64,000 nt of DNA from NCBI GenBank assembly GCA_944391115.1, contig CALXSJ010000011.1, positions 26,143 to 90,142 of the forward strand. Direction: 5' to 3'. Both the position numbers and the translations under genes were made by a program. Each line of letters begins with the position of its first letter. The stretch's first letter is position 1. The notes beneath the pieces were generated by a model. The model searched no databases. It was not told where the DNA came from and saw only the letters and a program-made list of their open reading frames with translations. Positions 20,218 through 29,814 of the stretch are shown here, one piece after another. The DNA is from an uncultured Victivallales bacterium. Its GTDB lineage: Bacteria > Verrucomicrobiota > Lentisphaeria > Victivallales > UBA1829.

Positions 20218-23200
20218 GTTTTCTGCAATTCTCCCAGTTCCTGTTCCTTCCAGGCCGGCTTCTGGAATTTCGGGCGCGGACGCGGGACGCTGTCGTCGGC
20301 CTTGATCCGGAAGCGGTCCGGTCCGAGCAGATGCGTGATGCCGTCCAGCAGTTCCCGCGTGATGCAGACATGGCAGCGCGTCGACGCCTCAATGAACACA
20401 TTGTGCCCGTTCAGGGCCCGGATGCAGATGATCAGCGCGGTCTTGCCGGGATGTTTCCGGACCAGTTTCAGCAGTTCGGGCATTTTCGCATCATCCTGCC
20501 CTTCAAATGCGTGGACATGAAGCTCCAGACTGTATTTCTGAAGCGCCTCCTCCAGTGTAAGGATTTTTTCCGCGACCAGGCTGACGGGAGAAGACTCCTC
20601 CTGCTTTTTGGTGACGGCTTCGATGAAGACCGGCGTGACTTCGGGAATATGCCCGTCCTCATTTTTTTCCGCCCTGGAATTTTCATCCTTGTGAATCAGG
20701 AATTTGCTTTCCTCGTAGACACGCGGATAGGCCATGCATTCGATCGACCCGGTCAGATCCTCGAATTGAATGACGGCGAAGAGCTTGCCGTCGCGCTTGC
20801 TGATCTTCCTTGCGACACTTTTAATCATGCCGCCGACGCGCACGCCGACATCGCCTTCCCCTTCGGCGATTTTTCCGACGGTCGCCGTGGAGAAGATCTT
20901 GAAAAAGTTTTCATACTTCGCCACGGGGTGTCCGGAGACGTAAAAACCGAGCAGTTCCTTTTCCGAGTTCAGAATTTCCGATTCGTCGAATTCGGGAATG
21001 TCCGGCGGCGGCACGTCGCCGAAACCGGAGTCGTCGAATCCCTCCAGCATGTCGAAGAGGCTTCCCTGTCCCATCTCCTTGTCTCTGCGGCGCGAGGCCG
21101 CCGAGGAGATCGACGGTTCGATGATCGCGACAAGCTGGGAGCGCTTCAGCCCGAAGGAGTCCATCGCCCCCGCGCGGATCAGGTTTTCGCAGCTCTTGGT
21201 ATTCAGCATGCCTCCGGTGCGCTCCAGAAGATCGGAAAGCGATTTGAATTCGCCGCCTTCTTCGCGCGCCTTGATGATTTCAAGCGAAACGCCTTCGCCG
21301 AATCCTTTGATCGCTCCGAGTCCGAAGCGGATCGAGCCGTTGTCCACGGTGAAGTTGACGTCGCTCCGGTTGACGTCCGGCGGAAGCACCGGAATGCCGG
21401 AGCTCCGGCATTCGTTGATGAGGAAGCGGAGTTTTTCGCTGTTGGAGAGCTCGCTTGTCAGCACCGCCGCCATGAATTCCGGTCTGTAATTCGCCTTGAG
21501 ATAGGCGGTACGGTAGGAGAGCAGCCCGTAGGCGGCGGAGTGGGATTTGTTGAATCCGTAGTCGGCGAACTTCTTGATGTTCTCCCAGATGGTTTCCGCC
21601 AGATCGTTCGGGATGTTGTTGGTCTTGAGGCATCCTTCGATGAATTTATCGTGCTGCGCCTCCATGTCCTTGATTTTCTTTTTGCCGATCGCGCGGCGGA
21701 GGATGTCCGCCTGTCCGAGCGAGAACCCGGCGAGCACCTGCACGACCTGCATGATCTGCTCCTGGTAGAGCATGATTCCGTAGGTCTCCTTGAGATACTG
21801 CTCCATCAGCGGATGGTCGTATTCGACGGGCATGGTTCCGAGCTTGCGTCCGACGAAGAGGGGGATGAACTGCATCGGGCCGGGGCGGTAGATCGCCAGA
21901 AGCGCGATGATGTGCTTGATGCTCTCCACGCGGAACTGGCGGCAGAGATTCTGCATGCCGCCGGACTCTAGCTGGAACACCGCGACCGTGTCGCCCCGGT
22001 TCAGGAGATCGAAGGTGGCCTGATCCTCGAGCGAGATTTTGTCAAGATCAATTTCCATGCCGCGCGACTTGCGGATGTTGTCCAGAGCGTCCTGAATGAG
22101 CGTCAGCGTCCGGAGCCCGAGGAAGTCCATTTTCAGCAGGCCGACGGATTCGCAGAGCGGCGCGGTGTACTGCGTGATGACCTCGTCATGCGCGCCGCGC
22201 CCCAGCGGAAGCAGATTCGCCAGCGGCTGGTTGGAGATGATGACGCCGCAGGCATGAATTCCCATCTGGCGGTTCAGCATTTCCAGGGGGCGTGCATAGC
22301 GGAAGACTTCGCGCACCCACTCCTCCTGATCCAGCAGCTGTTTGAGTTCGGGCGACTCCTTCACGGCTTTGGAGAGGGTCATCTTCGGATCGTCCGGGAC
22401 GGTTTTGGTAATCATGTTCCCGTCCGCCGGAGAGCGGCTCAGCGCGCGTGCGACGTCCTTGAGAACCGCTTTTGCCTTCAGCTGCCCGTAGGTGCCGATC
22501 TGGGAGACGGAGTCCGCCCCGTATTTCCCGATCACGTAATCGATCACTTCCTGACGGCGGCGTTCGCAGAAGTCCGTGTCGAAGTCGGGCGGCGAAACGC
22601 GGTCCGGGTTCAGGAACCGTTCGAAAAGCAGGTCATACTTGATCGGGTCGATGTCGGTGATCCCGGAGAGATAGGCGACCAGCGAACCGGCGCCGGAACC
22701 GCGTCCCGCTCCGACGGGAATGCCGTGCTCCTTCGCCCAGTTGATGAAGTCCCAGACGCAGAGGAAGTAGCTCGGGTATTTCGTGCGCATGATGACGCTC
22801 AGCTCGTAATCCAGACGCTTGAGCTTGAGTTCCGCGTCCGCCTTTTTGTCCTCGGGAGGATTGAAGGGATCGTAGCCGTATTTCTTCAGGTAGCCGCAGA
22901 CGGAGTTCTCACCGGTCCCGTAGAGGCAGATCTTCCGCAGATACGCTCCCGTCTTGCGCAGGATGACTTCGCGTTCGGTCCGGTACTCCACTTCCGCCTT
23001 TGTCGGTTCTGCGGCATCGCCGTTTTTCTCCTTTTCCTTTTTGAGATCCGCGACGGCCGCTGCCGCCGCCTCCTTCCGGATTGCGTCCATGTCGAGGGTC
23101 GCAACGAACTCGGCGGGCGGCTCATACTCCGGATAATGATTCTCATAGCCGATTGTGACGTCGCAGCGTTCGGCAATCTCGACGGTGTTGGTCAGCGCTT

Positions 23201-24020
23201 CGGGAATCTCGTTTCCGAAAATGGCGAACATCTCATCGCCGTCCTTGAAATAGAACTCGTCGGACTCCATGCGCATCCGCCGCTCGTCCGCCATCGTGGT
23301 GCGGGTCTGGATGCAGAGCATGACTTCATGCGCCTTCGCGTCCTCGCGCCGGAGATAGTGCACGTCGTTCGTGGCGATGACGGGGACTCCCGTTTCCTTT
23401 GCCAGCGCGATCAGGCCCCGGTTGACCTCCTTCTGCTCGGGAAGATTGTGATACATCAGTTCGATGTAGAAGTTTTCCTTCCCGAAGATGTCGAGATATT
23501 CGTAAAGAACTTTTTTCGCCGCCTCCATGCCGGAATCGCGGATTGCGCAGTCGATCTCCCCCGCCAGACACGCGCTCGAGGCGATGAGGCCCTCGGCGTG
23601 CGCGGCGAGGAAGGCCTTGTCGGTCCGCGGCTTGTAATAGAATCCGCGCGTGTGGGCGTCGGAGATGATGTGGCAGAGATTGTGATAGCCGGCATTGTTT
23701 TTCGCGAGCAGGATCAGATGGTATCCCTTGATGTGGGCGACCGTGCTGTCGCGCTGTTCGCTGCTCCCGGGAGCCACATAGGTTTCGCATCCGATAATCG
23801 GCTTGAGCTCGGCTTTTTTCATCGCGTTGTGAAATTCGAGGCATCCTCCCATGACGCCGTGATCGGTGATCGCGCACGCCTTCATGCCGGCGTTTTTGAC
23901 CGCGGTGACGAGGTCAAGCTTTCCTTCGGCGTCCTTGAGTTTCGCCCAGGAGATCGGGCAGGCTCCGTCCAGCAGGCTGTAATCGGTATGCAGATGCAGA
24001 TGAACAAAATCTTTGGGCAT
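20214..24020 (-). CDS. dnaE: DNA polymerase III subunit alpha
   Basis: PHP-domain start PKDFVHLHLHTDYSLLDGA and a 1268-aa length, with polymerase core and OB-fold regions recognisable throughout. Confidence 0.97.
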   Translation of the reverse strand: MPKDFVHLHLHTDYSLLDGACPISWAKLKDAEGKLDLVTAVKNAGMKACAITDHGVMGGCLEFHNAMKKAELKPIIGCETYVAPGSSEQRDSTVAHIKGYHLILLAKNNAGYHNLCHIISDAHTRGFYYKPRTDKAFLAAHAEGLIASSACLAGEIDCAIRDSGMEAAKKVLYEYLDIFGKENFYIELMYHNLPEQKEVNRGLIALAKETGVPVIATNDVHYLRREDAKAHEVMLCIQTRTTMADERRMRMESDEFYFKDGDEMFAIFGNEIPEALTNTVEIAERCDVTIGYENHYPEYEPPAEFVATLDMDAIRKEAAAAAVADLKKEKEKNGDAAEPTKAEVEYRTEREVILRKTGAYLRKICLYGTGENSVCGYLKKYGYDPFNPPEDKKADAELKLKRLDYELSVIMRTKYPSYFLCVWDFINWAKEHGIPVGAGRGSGAGSLVAYLSGITDIDPIKYDLLFERFLNPDRVSPPDFDTDFCERRRQEVIDYVIGKYGADSVSQIGTYGQLKAKAVLKDVARALSRSPADGNMITKTVPDDPKMTLSKAVKESPELKQLLDQEEWVREVFRYARPLEMLNRQMGIHACGVIISNQPLANLLPLGRGAHDEVITQYTAPLCESVGLLKMDFLGLRTLTLIQDALDNIRKSRGMEIDLDKISLEDQATFDLLNRGDTVAVFQLESGGMQNLCRQFRVESIKHIIALLAIYRPGPMQFIPLFVGRKLGTMPVEYDHPLMEQYLKETYGIMLYQEQIMQVVQVLAGFSLGQADILRRAIGKKKIKDMEAQHDKFIEGCLKTNNIPNDLAETIWENIKKFADYGFNKSHSAAYGLLSYRTAYLKANYRPEFMAAVLTSELSNSEKLRFLINECRSSGIPVLPPDVNRSDVNFTVDNGSIRFGLGAIKGFGEGVSLEIIKAREEGGEFKSLSDLLERTGGMLNTKSCENLIRAGAMDSFGLKRSQLVAIIEPSISSAASRRRDKEMGQGSLFDMLEGFDDSGFGDVPPPDIPEFDESEILNSEKELLGFYVSGHPVAKYENFFKIFSTATVGKIAEGEGDVGVRVGGMIKSVARKISKRDGKLFAVIQFEDLTGSIECMAYPRVYEESKFLIHKDENSRAEKNEDGHIPEVTPVFIEAVTKKQEESSPVSLVAEKILTLEEALQKYSLELHVHAFEGQDDAKMPELLKLVRKHPGKTALIICIRALNGHNVFIEASTRCHVCITRELLDGITHLLGPDRFRIKADDSVPRPRPKFQKPAWKEQELGELQKT

Positions 24021-24206
24021 GGCACTCCTTATGTCGACGCAAAAAAGCGTCCTGAAAACGTTGGCGGTGAAAGTCCTGTTTCATGAGAAGGTATCATATA
24101 TCCCGAATCCTGTTTTTTCCAGAGAAAACGGCGGCAAATGCGGAAAAATGTCCGGATTTCGGAGGGTTTCGGGGAAACGGCAGCTCTCTTTTCCGTCGGA
24201 CGGCGG

Positions 24207-24245
24207 AAAAAGAAAACCCGGCGCAGGGCCGGGCGCTTTTTCGGT
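24207..24245 (-). terminator. Rho-independent terminator after the Fe-ADH gene (bidirectional shape)
   Basis: Stem cccggc (24217-24222) / gccggg (24228-24233), 5-nt loop. An A-rich run lies before it (a T-run on the minus strand) and a T5 run after it. Confidence 0.6.
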
Positions 24246-24298
24246 TGTGTCTTTCCGGCGGGGGCTTTTCACGGATTCCGCCGGAACAGCCGCCGGAC

Positions 24299-25513
24299 TC
24301 AGACGTTGAGCGGAGTCATGGAATCGCTGTAAATCCGCCTGACCGCTTCGGCATCCGCCTTGTTCGGCGCGAGCGAGAGCAGGAAGCCGAGGGAAGGGGT
24401 TGTGAACGCCAGTTCCGTGAGTTTGTCAATGTCCGCGCTGGAAAATCCTTCATCGGAGAGTTTTTCCGGCGCGCCGACGCCTGCCAGCCATTTCTCCACG
24501 CCTTTTGCCGCCGTTTCCGCTTCCGCCGGAGCGCCTTTGAGTCCGGGGACGAGAGGGGAAAGCACATCGGCAAGCACGGTGGCGCGGACCGGATAAATGT
24601 GCTTGACGACTGCGGGAAGGAGCATGGACAGACCCAGTCCGTGCGTCAGATCCGGTTTCACAGCGCTCAGCGGGTGCTCCAGCGCATGCGTGTAATGAAG
24701 CATGCCGTTGTCAAAGGCCGAACCGGCCAGCATGGAGGCATACAGAAGATAATAGCGTGCGGTCAGGTCCCCGGGATTTTTCAGGGCGGACGGCAGGAAC
24801 TGCGCGACCAGGGCAATGGCTTCGCGCCCGAGCGTTACGGAGAGCGGGCTTGCGATGATGCTTGTCACGGCTTCGACGCTGTGATTCACTGCGTCAATGC
24901 TGACGAAACGGGTCTGTTTTTCGGAGAGTCCGGTCATCAGCGCCGGATCGTCGATCGCCCAGGTCGGATAGATGCAGTCATAGGCGATTGCCGGTTTGTA
25001 TTCCTTTTCCAGAATGGTCGCGACTGCGACACGGTCGACTTCCGTTCCCGTTCCGTGAGTCAGATTGATTGCGATGACCGGAACCGCCTTTTCCGGCGTG
25101 AACTTGTATTCATACAGGTCAGCAGCCGTATATGCTGGGTTTTCCAGCAGAACGGCAACGCTCTTTCCCGCATCCGTCGGACTCCCGCCGCCGATGCAGA
25201 GAACCGCCTTTGCATCGATTGTGCGGGCGAGAGAGGCGGCTTCGTCGATCTGCGCGGTGGTCGGATTCGGTGTCACCTTGTCATACAGAACATGACGGAT
25301 GCCGTGCCGTTCCAGCGCGGGAAGGACATGATCCCATGCTCCCGTCGATTTGTATGCGCCGCGCCCGGTGATGACGAGCATGTCCCGGATGCCGCGCGCT
25401 TCCAGCTGCGCGGCGATGTCTTCGATTTTCCGGATTGCGCCGCAACCGAAGTAGACGAGTGTTTTCAGGCGCAGTTCCCTGACTTCATGAATGTCCAGAC
25501 TGTTTTGAAACAT
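24299..25513 (-). CDS. iron-containing (group III) alcohol dehydrogenase
   Basis: GGGSPTDAGK nucleotide-binding block, THGTGTE, and metal-binding His region HALEHPLS. Confidence 0.9.
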   Translation of the reverse strand: MFQNSLDIHEVRELRLKTLVYFGCGAIRKIEDIAAQLEARGIRDMLVITGRGAYKSTGAWDHVLPALERHGIRHVLYDKVTPNPTTAQIDEAASLARTIDAKAVLCIGGGSPTDAGKSVAVLLENPAYTAADLYEYKFTPEKAVPVIAINLTHGTGTEVDRVAVATILEKEYKPAIAYDCIYPTWAIDDPALMTGLSEKQTRFVSIDAVNHSVEAVTSIIASPLSVTLGREAIALVAQFLPSALKNPGDLTARYYLLYASMLAGSAFDNGMLHYTHALEHPLSAVKPDLTHGLGLSMLLPAVVKHIYPVRATVLADVLSPLVPGLKGAPAEAETAAKGVEKWLAGVGAPEKLSDEGFSSADIDKLTELAFTTPSLGFLLSLAPNKADAEAVRRIYSDSMTPLNV

Positions 25514-25703
25514 GGATGCCCCCTTGTGTTGAATGGTTCCCTCTTGCCGCTAAGGTAACGCGTTTTCCGGGGATGTCAAGGAAATGCCGGCAAAAAATAT
25601 AAACATGGAAAAGATTGGAAAACTGTTCGCAATTCTGTATGCCGGTCATGGAATTGCCGTGCAAATACAGGTTTCTGCTTTGCACAGGACAAACCCGGAA
25701 TCA

Positions 25704-28700
25704 TCATCTGAGAACTCCTTTTTCCATGAAATGCTGTTTCCCGGAATCTTGTAAAACTGCATAGTTTATCATGAAAAAAGGCGGTCCGGCAATGTTGGCA
25801 GAGTCCGCGGTATTCTGAATATCCAGCGTATTGGCGCCTTCCTTCAGTATTCCCGGCGGGATTTCAAATTCCTGAACATTCCAGCCGAAGCGCTGAAACG
25901 GATTTTTCCCTTCAAAGATGCTGTTCCCGTTTAATTCGATCCGAATCGGGCATTTTTCGTTACTGTCATCATCCTGTCCGCAGATGACAAGTTTATAACG
26001 GGCGTTCAGCTGCTCTGTTTTTAAGAAAAAAGAGGCGCTCATTTTTGATATTTTTGTTTTCTTCCCTTTGACATATGTCGCAAGACGCTTTTCACAGCGG
26101 TAAGTATAAAGAAGCGGATTTGCACCGCCGCCGAAATCGTAAGGAGTCAGAAGAATATCTTTTCCCTGTTGAAAATTCGTTTCTTTCTCCGCATATTGCC
26201 GGATCTGTTCCGTATTTTTCACAAAGACACTGGAGTCAATTTTTTCCGCGTTTGCCAGACTCCGTTTGAAAAGGCTGAAATAATTCCGGAATGTGGTCCA
26301 TTTGTCCAGCGCCGGATTTCGCCGTGCTGCTGCCTTGTAAAGTTTTTCCGCCTGATGCATGATCGTATTGATTTTTTGTTGATTTCGGATGAAATAGGGT
26401 GTGATCTGATAACCGTATTCATTCATTTTTATAAGTTCCTCCGTGACTTTTTGCGTTTCCATGTAACTTTCTTTTCCTATCAGGGAACTGAATGCCTGGC
26501 GGATCGAGCGTGCCGCATTGTATGCCGCCGGATTATGCCAGTAATCCGCAAAGGTCAGGGTGAGCATCAGGAATTGCGGTTGATTGGTTCCGAGAAGGGC
26601 TCCGGCGATTTTCTTTTCCATCCCCTTGTAATACCACTGCGGCCATGCGGTAACTTCTTCCGTAAAGAAATGCCAGCGTTCAATATTCGAACCACCCCCG
26701 AAAATAAGGAGGAAGGGGGAGCGTCCATAACTCATTTCCGCCCACTTCACATCGGCGGGAAGGATGGAGGTGGAACATACGCGCGGACCGTTCCAGACGA
26801 AGTTGATTTCAGGAGAAAGTTTCCGGACTCGTTTCAAATATTCGTCCCGGTCATCAGGATAAGCCGGCGCAGCGTGAGGTCCCCAGTACATCGGCGGGCA
26901 GAAATAAAATTTTGCTTTCGGATATTTCTCCCAGAGTTTTTCCGCAATTGCGCTGATGAATGCGAAGTCGGCATCGCCTCCGTTTGGATATTTCTCAATC
27001 TCCTTTGGATTGCGGGGATAGCGGACGTCATCGTACTGGAACATGAAACTGCCTCCATTGGAAATGACATTTTCAGCCTGTCTGTAAATGACTGCGAAAT
27101 CTGCCGCTGAGGAACTGTCCAGTTTTGCTGCTGGTTTCCCTTCGATTGGATGCGTTGTGATGCACCATTCAATTCCCAGCGGCATGAATATTTTCCCCAT
27201 TTCCCTGTAATCCTTGAGATATTCCTCTCCTGAAACTTTTCTCCATTCCTTCCAGTTTCCCCGTGTCCCCGTCAGACTCCATGGACGGATCAGAAGCATG
27301 ATGTCAAGTTTGTAAAGCAGGTGCAGCTTCGCCCATTCTTTTTTTGTAATGTTTTTAAAATCACTGAATCCGCTCCAGTAGCCGCGGTGCGCAGTTGCCG
27401 GGTAGTCATAAATTTCCGCACTGCGCATGGCCGGACCGTCCATAGTTTTGTCCGTCAGCTGCAGAAATGATCCCGTCGCCCAGCTCAGCCCGGTTTTGTC
27501 GAATGCTTTCAATACGATCCGCTTTTGTTTCGCATCGGCGCTCAGATGATAAGCCTGAGCCCGGGGATGCCTCTCCGGGGAGAGCTGCAAGATAAGATTG
27601 ACTTTGTCTGTCTGGAGGTTTTTCCCAATGCGGCTTTTTCCGCCGAGTTCTGCAATGCGTTCCTGAATGAATTGAATCCGCAGATCATCTTCCGCAATTC
27701 CGTCTGGAACGATGTGGACATTCTTCAGAGAAATCCATTCCTCGCCATATCGCGCTTTCTGAGGAGCGGGATAAACACTTCCCATATAGTGTGGAAAAGA
27801 GACTGCCTTTGGCTTTTCCGTTGTCTTTATCCTGTCCGTTTTCCTGGAGTTTTCCGTTGTCTTTATCCTGTCCGTCTTCCTGGAGTTTTCCGTTGTCTTT
27901 ATCCTGTCCGTTTCCTCCGATCCGTCTGTTGTACAAATTAATAAATCGGAAATTTTTCCATAGCGGATTTCGCTCATGCCTTTGCTGTTGATGCCGGAAA
28001 TCAGGAAGATGCCGTTTCGGACCTTGAAGGTGTGAATGTCTTTCAAACCACTTTTGCATGTTTCGGAGGGCGTGCCGAATCTGTAGTTCCGGAAAATTCG
28101 CAGCATTCCGGATTTGCGTTCAATCTGATAGAAAATACCTTTCTCAATTACGGGAATGCCATTGCCATTTATTACGACATCCGGACTCGCCCCGTTTGTG
28201 AATCCTGTCGGAGAGTTCTGGAAAAACAGATAAGTTTTTTTCCGGTTGGCTGGATATCCGGAAAGAGTTGCTGCCGCAATGTCCGGCCGTTCATCTCCAT
28301 TCAGATCGCCGACGGCGATATCCTCAATGATCAGCGGTGTTTTCAGTTCTGCAAATTCGTTCAGTTCTCTTGGAATGAATTTCATTTTTTCGTAGAACGG
28401 AGCATAGTACAGACGGATAAGCGGCCTGTCCCTGACGGTAAAAATCACATCGTTTTCTCCATCCAGATTCAGATCATGAATAAATCCCGCATTGTTGTCA
28501 TTTTTCCGGGGACCATAAAAATATCCGTGTCCGATTCGATCCGGGGGAGTAAAACGGCGGAGACAGGCTCCATTGAGAATGTCGAACGAGTTTCTTGCAG
28601 ACAACTTGCCGATAAAGCAGGAGCTTGTCCATTGATTGGCACTCTGACTTATGAGAGGGGTTTGATAGCAATCATCCGGATTGAAAATGAAAATCCTCTG

Positions 28701-29012
28701 TTTGTCCCCTGTGACAACGATGTACTTCTTTCCGTTGATATCTCCAATGTTCAGATTTTTCCCGATGCCGTTCTGAACAGGAGTGACAATATTCGCTTTT
28801 CCCGTTTCTCCGCCTTTGCCGCCGAGAAAGATTTCCAGGAATGTCTTCCCGTTTCTGTTCGTCATTAAAATGACATCCTGCTGTTTGTCATGATCGATAT
28901 CCGCAATCTCCGATTTTATGATTCGCGCATTTGTCGTGATTATGCCTGCACTCAGATGCGCAACGCATGAAAGCAGGAAAACCGTCGTTCTTTTCTTCTT
29001 TATGAGTTTCAT
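25704..29012 (-). CDS. secreted multidomain protein: FG-GAP/VCBS-like repeats + 12-aa tandem linker + GH84-like (beta-N-acetylglucosaminidase-like) domain + C-terminal lectin-like domain
   Basis: Signal peptide MKLIKKKRTTVFLLSCVAHLSA. FG-GAP-like motifs DIDHDKQQDVI, GDINGKK, DLNLDGENDVIF, GDLNGDERPDIAA. GH20b-like block AYHLSADAKQKRIVLKAFDKTGLSWATGSFLQL. GH84-like blocks FMFQYDDV (DD pair), FVWNGPRVCSTSI and LTFADYWHNPAAYN are collinear with NagJ-type GH84 enzymes. Confidence 0.75.
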   Translation of the reverse strand: MKLIKKKRTTVFLLSCVAHLSAGIITTNARIIKSEIADIDHDKQQDVILMTNRNGKTFLEIFLGGKGGETGKANIVTPVQNGIGKNLNIGDINGKKYIVVTGDKQRIFIFNPDDCYQTPLISQSANQWTSSCFIGKLSARNSFDILNGACLRRFTPPDRIGHGYFYGPRKNDNNAGFIHDLNLDGENDVIFTVRDRPLIRLYYAPFYEKMKFIPRELNEFAELKTPLIIEDIAVGDLNGDERPDIAAATLSGYPANRKKTYLFFQNSPTGFTNGASPDVVINGNGIPVIEKGIFYQIERKSGMLRIFRNYRFGTPSETCKSGLKDIHTFKVRNGIFLISGINSKGMSEIRYGKISDLLICTTDGSEETDRIKTTENSRKTDRIKTTENSRKTDRIKTTEKPKAVSFPHYMGSVYPAPQKARYGEEWISLKNVHIVPDGIAEDDLRIQFIQERIAELGGKSRIGKNLQTDKVNLILQLSPERHPRAQAYHLSADAKQKRIVLKAFDKTGLSWATGSFLQLTDKTMDGPAMRSAEIYDYPATAHRGYWSGFSDFKNITKKEWAKLHLLYKLDIMLLIRPWSLTGTRGNWKEWRKVSGEEYLKDYREMGKIFMPLGIEWCITTHPIEGKPAAKLDSSSAADFAVIYRQAENVISNGGSFMFQYDDVRYPRNPKEIEKYPNGGDADFAFISAIAEKLWEKYPKAKFYFCPPMYWGPHAAPAYPDDRDEYLKRVRKLSPEINFVWNGPRVCSTSILPADVKWAEMSYGRSPFLLIFGGGSNIERWHFFTEEVTAWPQWYYKGMEKKIAGALLGTNQPQFLMLTLTFADYWHNPAAYNAARSIRQAFSSLIGKESYMETQKVTEELIKMNEYGYQITPYFIRNQQKINTIMHQAEKLYKAAARRNPALDKWTTFRNYFSLFKRSLANAEKIDSSVFVKNTEQIRQYAEKETNFQQGKDILLTPYDFGGGANPLLYTYRCEKRLATYVKGKKTKISKMSASFFLKTEQLNARYKLVICGQDDDSNEKCPIRIELNGNSIFEGKNPFQRFGWNVQEFEIPPGILKEGANTLDIQNTADSANIAGPPFFMINYAVLQDSGKQHFMEKGVLR
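27814..27915 (-). repeat. in-frame 36-bp tandem repeat (about 2.8 copies) encoding TDRIKTTENSRK
   Basis: Units at 27814-27849 and 27850-27885 differ at one base. A third partial unit starts at 27886. The protein reads TDRIKTTENSRKTDRIKTTENSRKTDRIKTTEKPK. Confidence 0.9.
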
Positions 29013-29036
29013 GGTGGATTCCTTGCATAAGCCGTG

Positions 29037-29810
29037 TTATTTGTCATGCCACATTCCCGCATTTGCGATACCCTTGACGGGGCCGGAGATGTACTGCATC
29101 AGATAGAAAAGCTGATCGCCGTTTGTCAGACCATAACTGCCGCTCCATTTCATATAGGCTCTTCTGGAAACATTTTGCAAAGAGCGGACGGCTCCGTTTT
29201 CAAATCCGGCCAGAAAGTTCCATTCATGCGGAAATGTCGGATAAGTTCCCGTATAAGGAGAGCAGTAAAGCAATCCCCCTTCGGAATAGTCTCCCATTCT
29301 GTAGCCCCTTCTTTTTTTATCGGCGTTGATCTGTGCATACGAATTTGTGATATCCGTGGCCCGCAGGGTATAGGTTGCATCGAAAAAGACATTTTTCACC
29401 TGTGGACAGTTTTTCAAATTATAGGAGACCCTCTGTCCGCCAAGTGTATAATCCGGCTTTTTCCAAGAGGAGCATTGGAGAACTCCCGGGGAAACATATT
29501 TACCGGCGGCAAACATGCCTGACACCGTGGTTGTGCACCACATCCCATTCTGGTAAAGCATGCGTCCGCTTTGCCAGGTCCCGGCGACACTGCTGTTTTG
29601 TGTCGTTACCGGCCCGTATTCCTTATTGTCAATGGAGTAGGAGGAAATTCCGGTAATAATCTGCCTCATATTGCTCATGCATGCGACAGTCTTCGCTTTT
29701 TCTTTTGCCTTGTGGAATCCGGGGAGAAGCAGCGCGGTCAGAATTGCGATGATGGAAATTACAATAAGCAATTCAATTAATGTGAATTTATTTTCTGGCT
29801 GTTGATTCAT
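29037..29810 (-). CDS. prepilin-type N-terminal cleavage/methylation domain protein (DUF1559-like pseudopilin-like)
   Basis: AGGAG RBS. N-terminus MNQQPENKFTLIELLIVISIIAILTALLLPGFHKAKEKA. Tail PHEWNFLAGFENGAVRSL (H-X9-NG variant). Start lies 4 nt after the GntR stop. The ORF-track start at 29876 is rejected. Confidence 0.85.
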   Translation of the reverse strand: MNQQPENKFTLIELLIVISIIAILTALLLPGFHKAKEKAKTVACMSNMRQIITGISSYSIDNKEYGPVTTQNSSVAGTWQSGRMLYQNGMWCTTTVSGMFAAGKYVSPGVLQCSSWKKPDYTLGGQRVSYNLKNCPQVKNVFFDATYTLRATDITNSYAQINADKKRRGYRMGDYSEGGLLYCSPYTGTYPTFPHEWNFLAGFENGAVRSLQNVSRRAYMKWSGSYGLTNGDQLFYLMQYISGPVKGIANAGMWHDK

Positions 29811-29814
29811 CTTG

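Noticed and set aside
20085-24086. 628-aa and 632-aa ORFs (20085..21971 and 22188..24086, plus strand) antisense to dnaE
   Set aside because: This is the same codon-aligned shadow-frame phenomenon (triplet starts congruent to 0 mod 3, as for dnaE). The composition is Arg/Gly/Asp/Val-rich with no recognisable domains.
24083-25558. 491-aa plus-strand ORF opposite the Fe-ADH gene
   Set aside because: It is a shadow frame. The minus strand carries the GGGSPTDAGK and His-rich metal motifs of group III alcohol dehydrogenases.
27814-27915. Possible CRISPR-like array suggested by the 36-bp repeat length
   Set aside because: The units are directly adjacent with no spacers, are in frame inside a long coding sequence, and encode a repeated 12-aa peptide. 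No cas genes are present in the window.
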